Source of the DNA: Octopus sinensis
Lineage: Eukaryota
DNA: 64,000 bases
NCBI RefSeq assembly: GCF_006345805.1
Contig: NC_043001.1
Coordinates: 81,964,001-82,028,000, forward strand
Direction: 5' to 3'
Below, one piece after another: positions 37,963-51,449 of this stretch. A model generated the notes under the pieces. The model did not search any database. It was given only the letters and a program-made list of their open reading frames with translations, and was not told the origin of the DNA. The first letter of the stretch is position 1; each line of letters opens with the position of its first letter. The translations under genes were made by a program, and so were the position numbers.

Positions 37963-39399
37963 ATATGTGCCAAATTTTGAAACTGCTGCTGTTACATATC
38001 TCTTCATGGTCGTCATCGTCGTCATCGCAACTACCACCAGCACTACAAATATCATCATCATCATCATCACAAAATTTGTCACATGTGTGTGTGCATATAT
38101 GTAAGCAGGTGTATCTTGGTGCTTGTCCACTGTCATCACTTCACATCTGGTGTTGGTTTGTTTACGTCCCCGTAACTTAACAGCCAGGCAAAAGGAGATC
38201 GTCAGATTTCTTAGTAACACTGAAAAATAGTCGATTTTTTTTCACTAAAACTCCTTTCAAGATGGTGTCTCAACATGATTGAAACATATAAAACAAAGAA
38301 AAATAGAGCAAAAAAAACCCATAAAAGACCAAAAAAAAAAGCAACAGATGAAGAAAACTTCGCCCTTCAAAAAAGAACAGCAATCACAAAAGTACCCCGT
38401 AAACCCTGATTGAAATATAATCAGATAAAAAAAAGGAAAGAAAAACAACAATATTCTGCTGATTTGAACATCAACTCAATTCAAGGCTTTATATGAATGA
38501 AACGGATTAAAAGCATTGCTTTGATTCTATTGGTTCTTAAATTCGAATTTATCAAAAATTACACCTTGAAATAACAAGCACCAGAAATAGCATCAAAGAC
38601 TAAAACAGCACCAACACCACCGCCACCATCACTACAAATATCATCACCATCACCACTATCACCGCCACCCACAATAAAAGCAAGAAAAATTGCAAGCATC
38701 GGTCTGACCAAATGTTGGTGTCAGTATTAACCTAAAAGAGAATTCACAGGGGAGCATTAGCAATTGGTTGTCAAGGGGAGAGGTTTTAGTTGTTGTTTTA
38801 TAGATTTTCGGGAAATATCATTCCTCCACTGACAGGAGAGTTACTTAATGAAGCATACTCTCATTTAAATTGACCCCTGAGGTCAACTAATCTCCTTTCT
38901 TTAGGATATTTCCCTTACGGGGCTATTTTAACTCCGAGCTAAGCTTTCATTAGCGCTTCCCAACGAATTTGTAATCCAACAGTAATTAAAGCTGTCACAA
39001 ATTTAAAACGCTGCTAGACATCTTTGGAATTTGATTTCCGGAAACCTCCTCCTCCTCTTTCTAATACTCCTCTTCCTTCTACCTCTTCGACTACTACTAC
39101 TACTACTACCACCACCACCACCACCATCCCCACTACCACCCCCACTGCTACTACTGTTACTGCTGTTGCTACCGCTGCTGCTTCTGCTTGTTTCTGCTTT
39201 GTCTATCCTGACTATCTTTACTGTTTATTAAATCTTATTCAATGGAACGTTGCTGTTAATGATGATGATGATGATGATTGTGGGGATAGTGGCAGCGGTG
39301 GTGGTGATGATGATGATGATGACGATGATGGTTGTAGTGCAGGTGGTAGTTGCGATGACAACGACGATTATGATGAAGGGGAATGTAGTAACATCAGTT

Positions 39400-40222
39400 T
39401 CAAATTTTGACACAAGGCCAGCAATTTCGGAGGAGGATGGGGGATAAGTTTATTACATCGAACACCAGTACTTATTTTATCGACCCCGAAAAGGATGGAA
39501 CGCAAAGTCGGCCTCAGCAGAATTTAAGTTTAAAATATAATGACGGATGAAATACCACTAAGCATTTTAGCCCGGCGTGCTAACGATTCTTATTTCTTTA
39601 CTGCCCACAAGGGGCTACGCACAGAGGGGACAAACAAGGACAGACAAACGGATTAAAACGATTATATCGACTCCAGTGCGTAACTGGTACTTATTTAATC
39701 GACCCCGAAAGGATGAAAGGCAAAGCCAACCTCGGTAGAATTTGAACTCAGAACGTAAAGACAGACGAAATATCGCTAAGCCTTTCGCCCAGTATGCTAA
39801 AGTTTCTTATTTCTTTATTACCCACAAGGGGCTACACACAGATGGGACAAACAAGGATAGACAAACGGATTAAGTCGATTATATCGACCTCAGAGCGTAA
39901 CTGGTACTTATTTAATTGACCCCGAAAGGATGAAAGGAAAAGTCGACCTCGGAGGAATTTGAACTCAGAACGTAACGGCAGACGAAATACCTATTTCTTT
40001 ACTACCCACAAGGGGCTAAACACAGAGTGGACAAACAAGGACAGAAAAACGGATTAAGTTGATTATATCGACCCCAGTGCGTAACAGGTACTTATTTAAT
40101 CGACCCCAAAAGGATGAAAGGCAAAGCCGACCTCGGCGGGATTTGAACTCAGAACGTAGCGGCAGACGAAATATGGCTACACATTTCGCCCGACGTGCTA
40201 ACGTTTCTGCCAGCTCGCCGCT
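39400..40222 (-). mobile_element. SINE family B tetramer
   Basis: Full head at the right end, three Tx1-like-tailed units and a terminal type-2 unit; junctions at both recurrent sites. Confidence 0.9.
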
Positions 40223-40781
40223 TTAGTAATATTATCACGATTGTTATATTGGTGTTGTTTACTGCTAATCTACCCTGATGAAGCTAACATGTCATCATGG
40301 GCGTTCTATCTATGCTATTCTGTGCTTTTGTACATCATGGATTATCTGATCCAACATGTCTCTTGTTTGGTTAAAAAAAACCGATAGGGTCTATTTAAGA
40401 GAATTTAGTTATTCTTCCTAGCAAGATCTCCGGTCACATAAGTACTTCCCTCTCGTAATCTTTATGATGGGGTCTTTGTTACTATTGAGCCATTTCGTAA
40501 TACTGAGACCCCAAATATATTAAAAATATTTAATAATTATTTAAGTAAGCCGTTGGCTAATGCACGATATGTAATTTAGTCTATCCTTTTAAGTTACTTC
40601 ATAGATTGCGTTTAAATTAAATAACGGTTGTTAATAAGTTCACTTTCTAAACATAGGAACGAATGAGGGATAACTACTCTCGGAAAAGTAGCCTATGAGC
40701 CATAAAAGATTTCAGGATAATCTCCTTTGTTTTCCTGTCTGTGATGACGTATTTATATTTGTTCATATTCTGCAAAGCAGT

Positions 40782-41020
40782 AGGCGCGTGGCTTAGTGGT
40801 TTGGTTGTCAGCATCATGATCGTAAGATTGTGGTTTCGATTCCTGGACCGGGCGACGCGTTGTTTTTTTGAGCAAAACACTTCATTTCGCGTTGCTCCGG
40901 TCCACTCAGCTGGCAAAAATGAGTAAGGCTACGATGGTCCAGCTGGGGAACACATACTCCATTGAAACCGGGAAACCGGGCCTATGAGCCTGGCTAGGCT
41001 TTAAAAGGGCGCATTTATTT
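40782..41020 (+). mobile_element. Family A-head SINE, tail type 2
   Basis: Head/core plus CACTCAGCTGGCAAAAATGAG...GAAACCGGGAAACCGGGCCTATGAG; relatives at 60067-60325 and 50524-50850. Confidence 0.8.
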
Positions 41021-41689
41021 TTTAAATATATTCTGCAAAGTAGGCGTTTTAAGTTTCAAGGCTATCTACATTAAATTTACCTTAAATTCTTAAACACCTT
41101 TGATAATTACAAACAAACAAACACATACACACACACACACACACGCACACACACACCATACACTCTCATACACACGCACACACATGTATGCGCGGTCAGA
41201 AGTAAACTGTCATTCGAATTTGTACTTGGCAAACATCGGATGTTCGAATATCTCTACTTCTGTTACAGCTTTTGTATCATTCTCTTTTTTCAGTCAATAT
41301 TCTTCACTTATTCATCGTTGTTTTTCAATATTAAATGCACATTATGTTAAAATCTGCTTTGCAATATTTCATTGCCTGCTTTAAATTTTATATTTTCAAC
41401 ATTTGCATGCTTTACTGGCGTTCTACTAAGAATTAATATTTCATTGCTTAGCATGTCTACACATGTGTGCCCCTACGACTTCCTTTCCTCATAACTTCCA
41501 GAAAAATGCATATTTTTAAATAAAATTTCTGCAAATACACTTGAGGTAGTATAGATTTCAATTATACCTGTCCGTGAGTAGGGGGAGGAATTTAGGAAAA
41601 TTCACATGAGTCGCCTTTGTTTCTTCATAATTTTAAAGAAAAAGTGAATATTGTTTCTTTTATTTTTCCTTTTCTTTCATTTTTATTTG

Positions 41690-42040
41690 TTTCTGTAATT
41701 TGACTGCCGCCATGCTGGAGTAGCACCTTAAGGGGTTTTAATCGAACAAATCGATCCTGGGACTTTCTCTTTGTAAGCCTAGTACTTATTCTATCAGTCT
41801 CCTATGCCGAACCACTAAGTTATGGGGGCGTGAACACATCAACATCGGTTGACAAGCGATAGTGGTGGGGGACGAACAGACACAAAGACACACGCACATA
41901 AATATATACCATGTGTGTGTGTGTGTGTATTGGGCTTCTTTCAATTTCCACTTACAACGCTTGGTCGGCCCGAGGCTATAGTAGAAGACACTTGCCTAAG
42001 GTGCCAAGTAGTGGAACTGAACACGGAACCCTGTGGGTTG
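41690..42040 (-). mobile_element. SINE family C
   Basis: Consensus match. Confidence 0.8.
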
Positions 42041-42477
42041 GTGAAATTTTCAACAACAAATAACTTTCAGATTATACAGAATACTGGAATCTTAAAGAAA
42101 GGAAAAAAATTGATGGGCTTGCGCACATGCATACTGACACACATCACATATACCTACAAGATGAAACTTGAAATTTCGAAAACAATTGTGATGTGTTTCA
42201 GAGAGTATCTGTGCGTGCTCACCATTTTTCTTTACACATGAAATTGTGATATAATCATAATTAGCACACCTTGCAAGCCAGAATCGTTCCAGCTGACCTC
42301 TGGGTCTGAAACTTCTACGAGCGCATAAAATAACAACAAAGAAACATACAGAAAAATCATGCATAAGTATGGACATGCTCTTCCCTTGTCAGTTCGTGTA
42401 AAAACGACATTGTGTACAATTTTAAATAAACTCTTTGGAAACCAAGGTGAACATAAAAATCAAATAATTATTGAGAA

Positions 42478-42860
42478 CTAGCAGTATCGCCCGGCGTTGC
42501 TCAGGTTTGTAAGGGAAATAACTATAAAGCATTTTTAGAGAGTTATAGCCAAAAAATAGCAAAAAAATGGAAAAAAATGATGGTAAATTTTTTTTTTAGT
42601 TAAAAAAGGTGGAGTTGCGTCCCCTAGACAGTTTGCGGTTTGTGTTTCTGATTCTCGACCCCATGTCGAATTTATCGATTCTTTTCAGAACTGGGGGAAC
42701 TTTTCAAAATTTTCGCTGCGTTAGTTTTGAATTATGACATTGGGCTATGTGTGTGTCAAGTTTCATCAGAATCGGTTGAAAGCCGTGGTCAGGGTGAGGG
42801 TACAAGCAAACAGACACACAGAAACACGCACAGACAAACTGCCGTTTATATAGAGAGAGA
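42478..42860 (-). mobile_element. Non-autonomous Helitron
   Basis: Same CTAG/hairpin terminus and first ~120 bp as 18966-19361; other end reads TC on the minus strand. Confidence 0.8.
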
Positions 42861-42896
42861 TTTTATTAGTAGGATTTGTCGCTGAAAAAAAAAATA

Positions 42897-42976
42897 TCGG
42901 ACAAAAAGACGTCGGACCAAAAAAACGTGGACGAAAAGATGTTTGACGAAGTGACGTCGAACCAAAAGACATCGCA
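42897..42976. repeat. ~15-bp-period minisatellite
   Basis: GGACAAAAAGACGTC-like unit, about 5 copies. Confidence 0.65.
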
Positions 42977-43506
42977 CATGCACCTGTAGATTGGAGAACA
43001 AGTGCTGAGTGAGGACTCGTGTCCTTTGTGATCAAGGTGATCCTGAATCTACGGGGTTCCTTGATTGGCTTTAGTTGGAGAGTCACCCTGTTACAGGAGG
43101 ACTGCATCATACATGTGTTCATATATTTGGTATAATATCTTCTATAGATTTTTTCTTTTACTTGTTTCAGGCATTAAACTACGGCCATGCTGGGACACCA
43201 TCTTGAAGAATTTTAGTCGAATGAATTGACACCAGTTCTTGTTTTTTGTAAAGCCTGATATTTATTCTATCGCTCTCGTTTGCCAAACTGCGAGCTAACG
43301 GTTACATAAACACACCAATATTGTTTGTCAAGTGGTGGTGGTATCAAACAAAGATACAAAGACACACACACACACAAACCTGTTTAAACGCAAAACCCTC
43401 ATAATAATATACACGTGCACACATACACATACAAACTCAACGTTTTATTCTGTGTCGTCTTTCATGTTTTCCTTAATGTAAAGCCTTTGTAATTAATAAA
43501 GGAACC

Positions 43507-43545
<39 letters not shown>

Positions 43546-44078
43546 GAGTGAGAATACAGCACACGCCATCAAAGTGACATTGGAGTACAGATATATAAAG
43601 CCCAATATACCATCATGACTATCCGTCTGATAAGGGTAAACCAGGCTTTACAACGACATGTGTGCGATATGATCTCATATCAAGATAAACAGCACATGAC
43701 CTTGCAGGTGGCGCCAAGTTTTTCTTCAGGTTGAGCGGTCCATCCTGCTCAAAAGATCCCTGAATAAGGTTTGTTTAAGAATGATGAACGAAACACCTAT
43801 GTTTCCGGAAGTGAATTATTCAAACCCCAAAGAATTCCTCTTAACACATGTCTATGATACTTCCCCACTAATCCTGCTAATAGTCAGTCATGCAGATATC
43901 GTCATTCACTAAGGAACATGCTCAACTGGTTAAGGTCAAACAACAGACAAACAAATCTGTGGCACTGAGCAGAATATTTGCTGTAGCCCACTTTTATACC
44001 AAGACAAAACATATAAATGGTAGCACTTCCAATCAGTTGACATCAGAAGCCATGAGAGCCACTGCTTGCATTAAGGTA
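43546..44078 (-). mobile_element. Family D retroposon, diverged
   Basis: Homologous to 11580-12168 and flanked by (ATT)n. Confidence 0.85.
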
Positions 44079-44146
<68 letters not shown>

Positions 44147-44156
44147 AGATCTAGTA

Positions 44157-44520
44157 AAGGCGGCGAGCTGGCAGAATCGGTAACAAGCTGAACAAAATGC
44201 TTATCGGTATTTCGTTTGCCGCTACGTTCTGAGTTCAAATTCCGCCGAGGTCAACTTTGCCTTTCATCCTTTCGGGGTCGATTAAATAAGTACCAGTTAC
44301 GCACTAGGGTCGATATAATCGACTTAATTTGTTTGTCTGGCCTTGTTTGCCCCCTCTGTCTGTAGCCCCTTGTGGGTATTAAAGAAATAGGTATTACGCC
44401 CGTCGCTTACGTTCTGAGTTCAAATTCCTCCCAGGTCGACTTTACTTTTCGTACCAGTGAAACACTGAGGTTGATTTAATCGACTAGCTCCCTCATTCAA
44501 AATTCCAGGCCTTGTGATTA
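44157..44520 (+). mobile_element. SINE family B dimer
   Basis: Junction AAGAAATAG|GTATTAC near 44390. Confidence 0.85.
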
Positions 44521-44524
44521 TTAC

Positions 44525-44564
<40 letters not shown>

Positions 44565-44941
44565 TCTTCATATTATTATAATTTCAGCCTTTTACTCTAA
44601 ATGTGTACATCCTAGTCTTCCAGGTTTGTTGGTGCTTTTATTCATTTATTTATCTATTTATTTATTAGTATTTCGTCTCTATACTGCTGTTCCAATCGTT
44701 TTAAGCCTTTGAGGCCAATAGAAAGAAATATCATTAGTGTTAAATTCTTATTGTCCAATCATTTCATTTGCTTTTGTGCGAAAATATGTTAGTGTCTGCT
44801 GCTCGTTGTTGAAATAATAATCTATGAAATCAATATTACTGGGTCTAACTTTATATTTTCTCTTTAAATAATAATAATAATAATATAATGGCAATAAATT
44901 TTATTGAAATAACTTAAATTGAACCGAATACATACACACGT

Positions 44942-46006
44942 GTATTCTTATTGGTGTCACGTATTCTGTATTTTGTTTGTGTACTTCGATCGTTTTCCGT
45001 CCTTTCGTTGTATACATTCGAAGCTTTCTTCCAGGGGATCTAATGCGCTTGGCTTAGATTTCCCTTGGCGGCTGGCCATATCGGAGCAATCTCAAGATTA
45101 ATCAGCGAAATTGCTAAGATGATCTGGTTCTTGACTGATGACTGAGGGTTCGAATGTCCCGTCTGTGGTTCTTGGTCGTCTCTGTGGTTGGTGTTTCAGT
45201 TCTTGTCCATGTCTGTAATAATTTTACTGTTTACCTATATATCGGCGGCTACGTATCCACAATTGTCCTTATACGATAAGTATATTTTTTTCTCTAGCTT
45301 TGATACGACTCTTAATCTGTCTCTTTTTCTCTCTCTCTCTCTCTCTCTCCCTTATTCCACTTCCTTTCTTTCCCTCTCCATCCGTTTCCCCCCCCTTTAC
45401 GTTCTCTATCTCTCTCACCTCCAGCCCCCTCGATCTGTCTCTTTCTTCTCCTCCCTCGTCCACCTTTCTCCCTTTTCATCTGTCCCTTTCTCCTGTCTTT
45501 TGTTCTCACGTGACAGCTAGCCGCTGTTGAGCGCTCTTTTGTTTTCAGCAGCCGCAGAGCAACACGTATTTGTTCGTCTCCCCGTGGCCTTCAGGCACAC
45601 TTCACAAGCCAGCCCCATACTCAAATCGTCCTGTCGAAAGACCCTTGTCCTACGTCCTGGTTTTGTTTTGTTGTTTATTTTTTATTTTACCGTTAGTTTT
45701 TACGTTTTTGTATTCTTATGGTGTCACGTATTCTGTATTTTTGTTTGTGTACTTCGATCGTTTTCCGTCCTTTCGTTGTATACATTCGAAGCTTTCTTCC
45801 AGGGGATCTAATGCGCTTGGCTTAGATTTCCCTTGGCGGGCTGGCCATATCGGAGCAATCTCAAGATTAATCAGCCGAAATTGCTAAGATGATCTGGTTC
45901 TTGACTGATGACTGAGGGCTTCGAATGTCCCGTCCTGTGGTTCTTGTGTCGTCTCTGTGGTGTTTCATGTTCTTGTCCATGTCTGTAATTAATTTTACTG
46001 TTTACC

Positions 46007-46012
<6 letters not shown>
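44942..46012. repeat. ~300-bp direct repeat (44942-45243 and 45711-46012)
   Basis: Copies differ almost only by short indels. Confidence 0.85.
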
Positions 46013-46048
<36 letters not shown>

Positions 46049-46052
46049 TAAT

Positions 46053-46083
<31 letters not shown>

Positions 46084-46184
46084 GCGGGGGAGAGAGAGAT
46101 GTATCTATTTATATGCGTATCTAAACATACAAATGATATGTACATGTAAATATATCTGTATGAGAATGAATATGATTATCTATC

Positions 46185-46220
<36 letters not shown>

Positions 46221-47008
46221 ATATGATTTTATAAACAGCTAAAATTAATCGTCACTCGGGAATATAAGCAGGCCACATAACGAAAATAATTGTTGAGAAT
46301 AATAATTTAATTTTATTGTATAATATAATATTAAATAAAATAGAGATTTTATAAAATATTGAATAAAAATAGAATGAATAAAATAATTATTTGCATTAAT
46401 AATAATCCGCCTCTAGAGGCATGGTGTTTGTCTCAGTTAACCCCACAAAAAGCTGCAGTCATTTAATGGTGACCTTACTGGATTCAATGACTTACATGTC
46501 GCGTGGGACTGATCCTAAACACCACAACAATGGACCGAAGTTATACGGAAACATGCGGAAATATTAAGAACATGTTTATAAATAGAATACATTGCAAAAT
46601 GTATTTACTATTGCCCTCAAATTTGTTGCCATGAACCTTGAAAATAGAATTGAAGGCCAACATGTTGAAATGAGCTATTGTGTTCACTCTGTAAGTAAAT
46701 AACTTTTTTTTTTGCAGTTATTGAAATAATATTCCTCTGCGTATTGAGATTCAGTGGGGGTGCTCTTTAAGGGGAAAATAGCAAATTTAGACTAAAGTTA
46801 CATGCAATGATGGCAACATTCACTCAATACAAAGTAATACAAATGTCAAACGAATTCAAAACAGTCTTGTATAGTAATCTTATAGATTGCAGTCGAAAAT
46901 TGTCGTGTTCATTTTAAAAGAGAAAAAAAAAAAAAAAGAAAAAAGAAAAACGTTCCAAAATTCAAATCTCTCATTCCTTATTTTCTTTTATCTTTTCGGA
47001 AAACCTCT

Positions 47009-47052
<44 letters not shown>

Positions 47053-47427
47053 TATATATATACATGCATACATACATGCATACATACATGCATACATACA
47101 CACAATGTATAAACGTATAGATACAGCTAGAATTAACCGCCACTCGGGAATGTAGGCAAGCTACACAAAGAAAATAATTGTTAAAAATAATAATTTACTT
47201 TTATTGTATGAAATGATATTAAATAAAATAGACATGGAAGACTGACATTCGTTTCCATATATCGTTGGTTCATGTGATACGGATGCATAAATATAAAAGT
47301 AACCTTCGCCACACATCTTTCATGATCCTCTGATAAGTCACTACACGCTGCTCTGAGTTTATCTGGTACAAACACACTGTATCGCACTACATTCCAAAAG
47401 TGGGCACTATTGTCTGGTGTCTCTTTT

Positions 47428-48077
47428 ACTCCTACTTGTTTCAGACATGTGACAGCGGGCATGCTGGAGCATCGCTTTTAGTCTAATTAATCGACCCAGG
47501 ACGTATTCTTTGTAAGCCTAGTACTTATTCTATCGGTCTCTTTTGCCGAACCACTAATGTTACGGAGACGTAAACACACCACCATCGGTTGTCAAGGGAT
47601 GATGGGGGTAAAACAGGGACACCCACATACAGACATTTATATATATAGACGACGGGCTTCTTCCAGTTTCCGTCTACCAAATTCACTCACAAGGCTTTGG
47701 TCGTCCCGAGGCTATAGTAGAAGACATTAGCCCAAGGTACCATGCTGCGGGACTGAACCCAGAACCGTGTAGTTGGGAAGCAAGCTTCTTACCACGTAGC
47801 CACTCCTGCGCCTATTGTTTATCTTTTGTTTTTTACTTGTCGCAATCATTGGACTGCGACCATGCCGGGTCACCGCCTTGAAGAGCTTAGTCGAACAAAT
47901 CGACTCCAGTACTTATTTTTAAGCCTCGTATTTATTCTGTTGATCACTTGCGAAAAACCTGCTAAGATATGGGGACGTAAACAAACCAACGCCAATTGTC
48001 AAGCAGTGGTATTGGACAAAGTCACGGACAGATAGACACACAGACACACACACACACGTGCGCACACACACACACAT

Positions 48078-48110
<33 letters not shown>

Positions 48111-48267
48111 ACACACACACACACACGACGTTCTACCAAATCCACTCGCAAAGCTTTGGTCAGCCCGTGGTTATATTAGAAAACCCTTTGCTAAAGTGGG
48201 AAAACACTTGCCTAAGATGGGACACAGTGGGACTTAACAAAGAACCACGCAGCCACACCTGAGCCTA
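47428..48267 (-). mobile_element. Two adjacent SINE family C copies
   Basis: 47428-47813 full length; 47828-48267 older. Confidence 0.85.
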
Positions 48268-48744
48268 TGTGGTAGATACTCTATTACAGTATGAAGCTTA
48301 CCTTTATTTTATTTTTTTTGTTTGTTCAACAGACCTTTCGCTCTAGCTGTCTCTATGTATTAAGATATACATAATTGTGCTAAATGTCATTTCTCTATAA
48401 TACCGCGCAGTGGCATCAGTCTCTAGCCCTCATGATTACCATTCAGCCAGACTACCTCTACACGTAATAAAGCCACCTACGCATTTGTTCAGTGAACAAA
48501 CAGTTCAATTAATCGAACGATTGAATACTCATCGTTGCAACCGATGCTTACATTCATACATACATACATACATACATACATACATACATACATACATGCA
48601 TGCATGAATACATAAATACATACATACATATATACACACACATATGTGCCTATATTTCAGTATGTGTAAAATTATGCCTATATGTGCACACACACATCTG
48701 TATATATGTTTATATATATATATATGTATATGTATATATGTTAC

Positions 48745-48777
<33 letters not shown>

Positions 48778-48889
48778 TATATATACACTCATACATTCTC
48801 ATATAACTCAATAATTATACGTTAGCAACTTCGGATTTATAACTAGAGTATAAATCAATAGTTTGTGTCGTTTCATACATGCAAATATG

Positions 48890-48928
<39 letters not shown>

Positions 48929-49006
48929 TGTGTGCGTAACTATATTATTTGTATTGAGTGCTATATTCTTTGTTCCAGTAACAAAAGCGTATGTTCTACA
49001 CACACA

Positions 49007-49040
<34 letters not shown>

Positions 49041-49577
49041 TGTTTACTCTAACACATGCTCGCACATGTATATACATTCATTCAACACTGTCACAAACAC
49101 ATACATACTGAAATATATATATATACATATGAATATTAATTTTGAATTCCTATACAACATATTTTCGTGGGTGGATAACTGTAATTAGTAGTAAAACTTT
49201 ATAAATTCTACGAATATTAAAAAACAGCAAAGTCAACCAAAAAATATAAACAAATGAAACATCAACTCATATGTAAATGAGCACTGACTCATGAATATTC
49301 ATAAGCGTCTATAGTTTTATATTATTAACGTTATGAATGAAGATTAACATGTTTATGACGTTCTTCTCGTATAACAAGTACTAATTACATTGTTATTTTC
49401 TTTTTTTTTATGGGAATATGGCTTCCATGATTGAAACGAATGCTCAACCGCTGTAATCTCTCCCAATGGCAAAGCGTATCAATAATGGATAGATTTTATG
49501 TGGCTTCATATTTCTGTTTAATAAACTTTAACGTAATCAGGCGTTCAAAAGCCGGCTTCTCAGCTATTAAATAAATA

Positions 49578-49790
49578 TTGGTTTCCAATTTTGGCACCAG
49601 GCCAGCAATTTCGAGGGAGGTGTAAGTCGATTACATCGATCCCAGTGTTCAACTGGTACTTATTTCATCGACCCCGAAAGGATGAAAGGCAAAGTCGACC
49701 TCGGCAGGATTTGAACTCAGAACACGAAGAAGAACGAAATGCTGCTAAGCGTCTTGCCCGGCGTTCTAACGATTCCGTGAGATTTCCCCT
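49578..49790 (-). mobile_element. SINE family B monomer
   Basis: CGACCCCGAAAGGATGAAAGGCAAAGTCGACCTCGGC core. Confidence 0.8.
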
Positions 49791-49919
49791 ACTATTAAAT
49801 AAATAGACCTGCGTTTCCGATGAAGTAACCACTCCTGAATGCAGGCTTTAACGTCTGTATGTCTCGCTCTCAATCTCTGTCTGTCTGTCTTTGTCTGTCT
49901 GTCTCTCTCTCTCTATATA

Positions 49920-50002
<83 letters not shown>

Positions 50003-50003
50003 G

Positions 50004-50115
50004 TCATTATTCAATTTATTTTAAGATTTCTTGCCAATAGAGAAAGAATCATTTTCTAACCTAGATTCAAAGTTCCTTCATTGGAATTTCAACATCAACA
50101 ACAGGGTATTTTTGT
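50004..50115 (-). mobile_element. Short 3'UTR fragment of the 17050-type LINE (another at 57806-57892 +)
   Basis: GTTGAAATTCCAATGAAGG...TTCTCTATTGGCAAGAAATCTT..AATAAA.TGAATAAT shared among the three loci. Confidence 0.65.
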
Positions 50116-51344
50116 ATGTAACACTATGAATGACACAAATAACTACTCAGAGGCAGCCAGGGTTGAAATAAGAACAAGAACAGCAAGCATTATTAAAAGA
50201 GAAAAGAAGAATGGTCATTCCTCACCCGAGTGACCTTATCTTATCGCCCATCACTTATGCGCTCATAAATTAGTTTGATAGTTGAGATGTGATTGGCTGT
50301 ATGCAAATAAGTTCATAACAGGGGTTCAGAACTCTCGTGGGAAAAAAATTTCGCAGGCGGGTAGGCCAACATACGCTCTGAACGGTACATCAGTACGTCA
50401 AAGTGTTAGCTATTCACAGCGAGCAGAGTGGAGCAACGTGAAACTGAAACGATACATTTTGCTCAAAAGCACAACACACTACCGGTTTCGAAATCGAAAT
50501 CACAATTCATGGCTGACATAAAAAGGTTACCTTTTCGAGTCACGCCGACTCATAAGGGCTGGTTTCCCGGTTTCCATTGCATGTAGATTCCCCAACTAGA
50601 CGGGACGCCGATCCGTCGCAGGATTGCTCATTTTTGCCAGTTGTGTGGACTGGAGCAACGTGAAGTGAAGTGTTTTGCCTCGCCCAATCTCGGAATCCTA
50701 ACCACTAAGCCACGAACCTCCAAAGAGTTACCTTCTCGAATCATACCGACTCATAAGGGCTGGTTTCCCGAATTCCATGGCGTATATATTCCTCAGCTGG
50801 ACGGGACGCCGGTGCATCGCAGGATTGCTAATTTTTGCCAGTTGAGTGAACACATAAGGCTTTGGTCGGCCTCAGGATTTGGTAGAAGACACCTGCCCAA
50901 GATGTCATGCAGTGAGACTGAACCCAGAATCATGTGGTTGGGAAGCTTCTTACCACACAGCAATAATGCATAAATGCACAAATCGATGCAGAGAAATAAG
51001 AATGCAGATGGTTGAAAGATATATAGGTAGATAGACTGACAAGTAGAACGATAGATTAATATATACATACGTAAACAAGTAGATAAGTAGAGTTGTCGAT
51101 AAGTACATAGTCGGATAAGATATATATATATATATAGATAGATAGATAAATAGACTGACAGACAGACAAGGACTGAGACAGACAGACAGATTGACTAACT
51201 GATTAACTGACTGACTCACTCACTCAGCGACAGTTAGATTGCTAGACTGATAGAGAGTTGGATTGGTAGGTAGGTAGGTAGGTAGGTAGGTAGGTAGGTA
51301 GACAGATAGATAGACAGACAAATAGATAGACAGACTGACTAACT

Positions 51345-51393
<49 letters not shown>

Positions 51394-51449
51394 GTAGATA
51401 GACTAATAGAAAGAGAGTTGGATAGCTTCATAGATAGATAGATAGATAA

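Noticed and set aside
40270-40392. CCCTGATGA...TAGGGT hammerhead-like remnant
   Set aside because: GAAA is absent; at best a dead Penelope-like remnant
47245-47425. Possible exon or LINE fragment (ETPDNSAHFW...)
   Set aside because: Too short, bounded by repeats, no diagnostic motif
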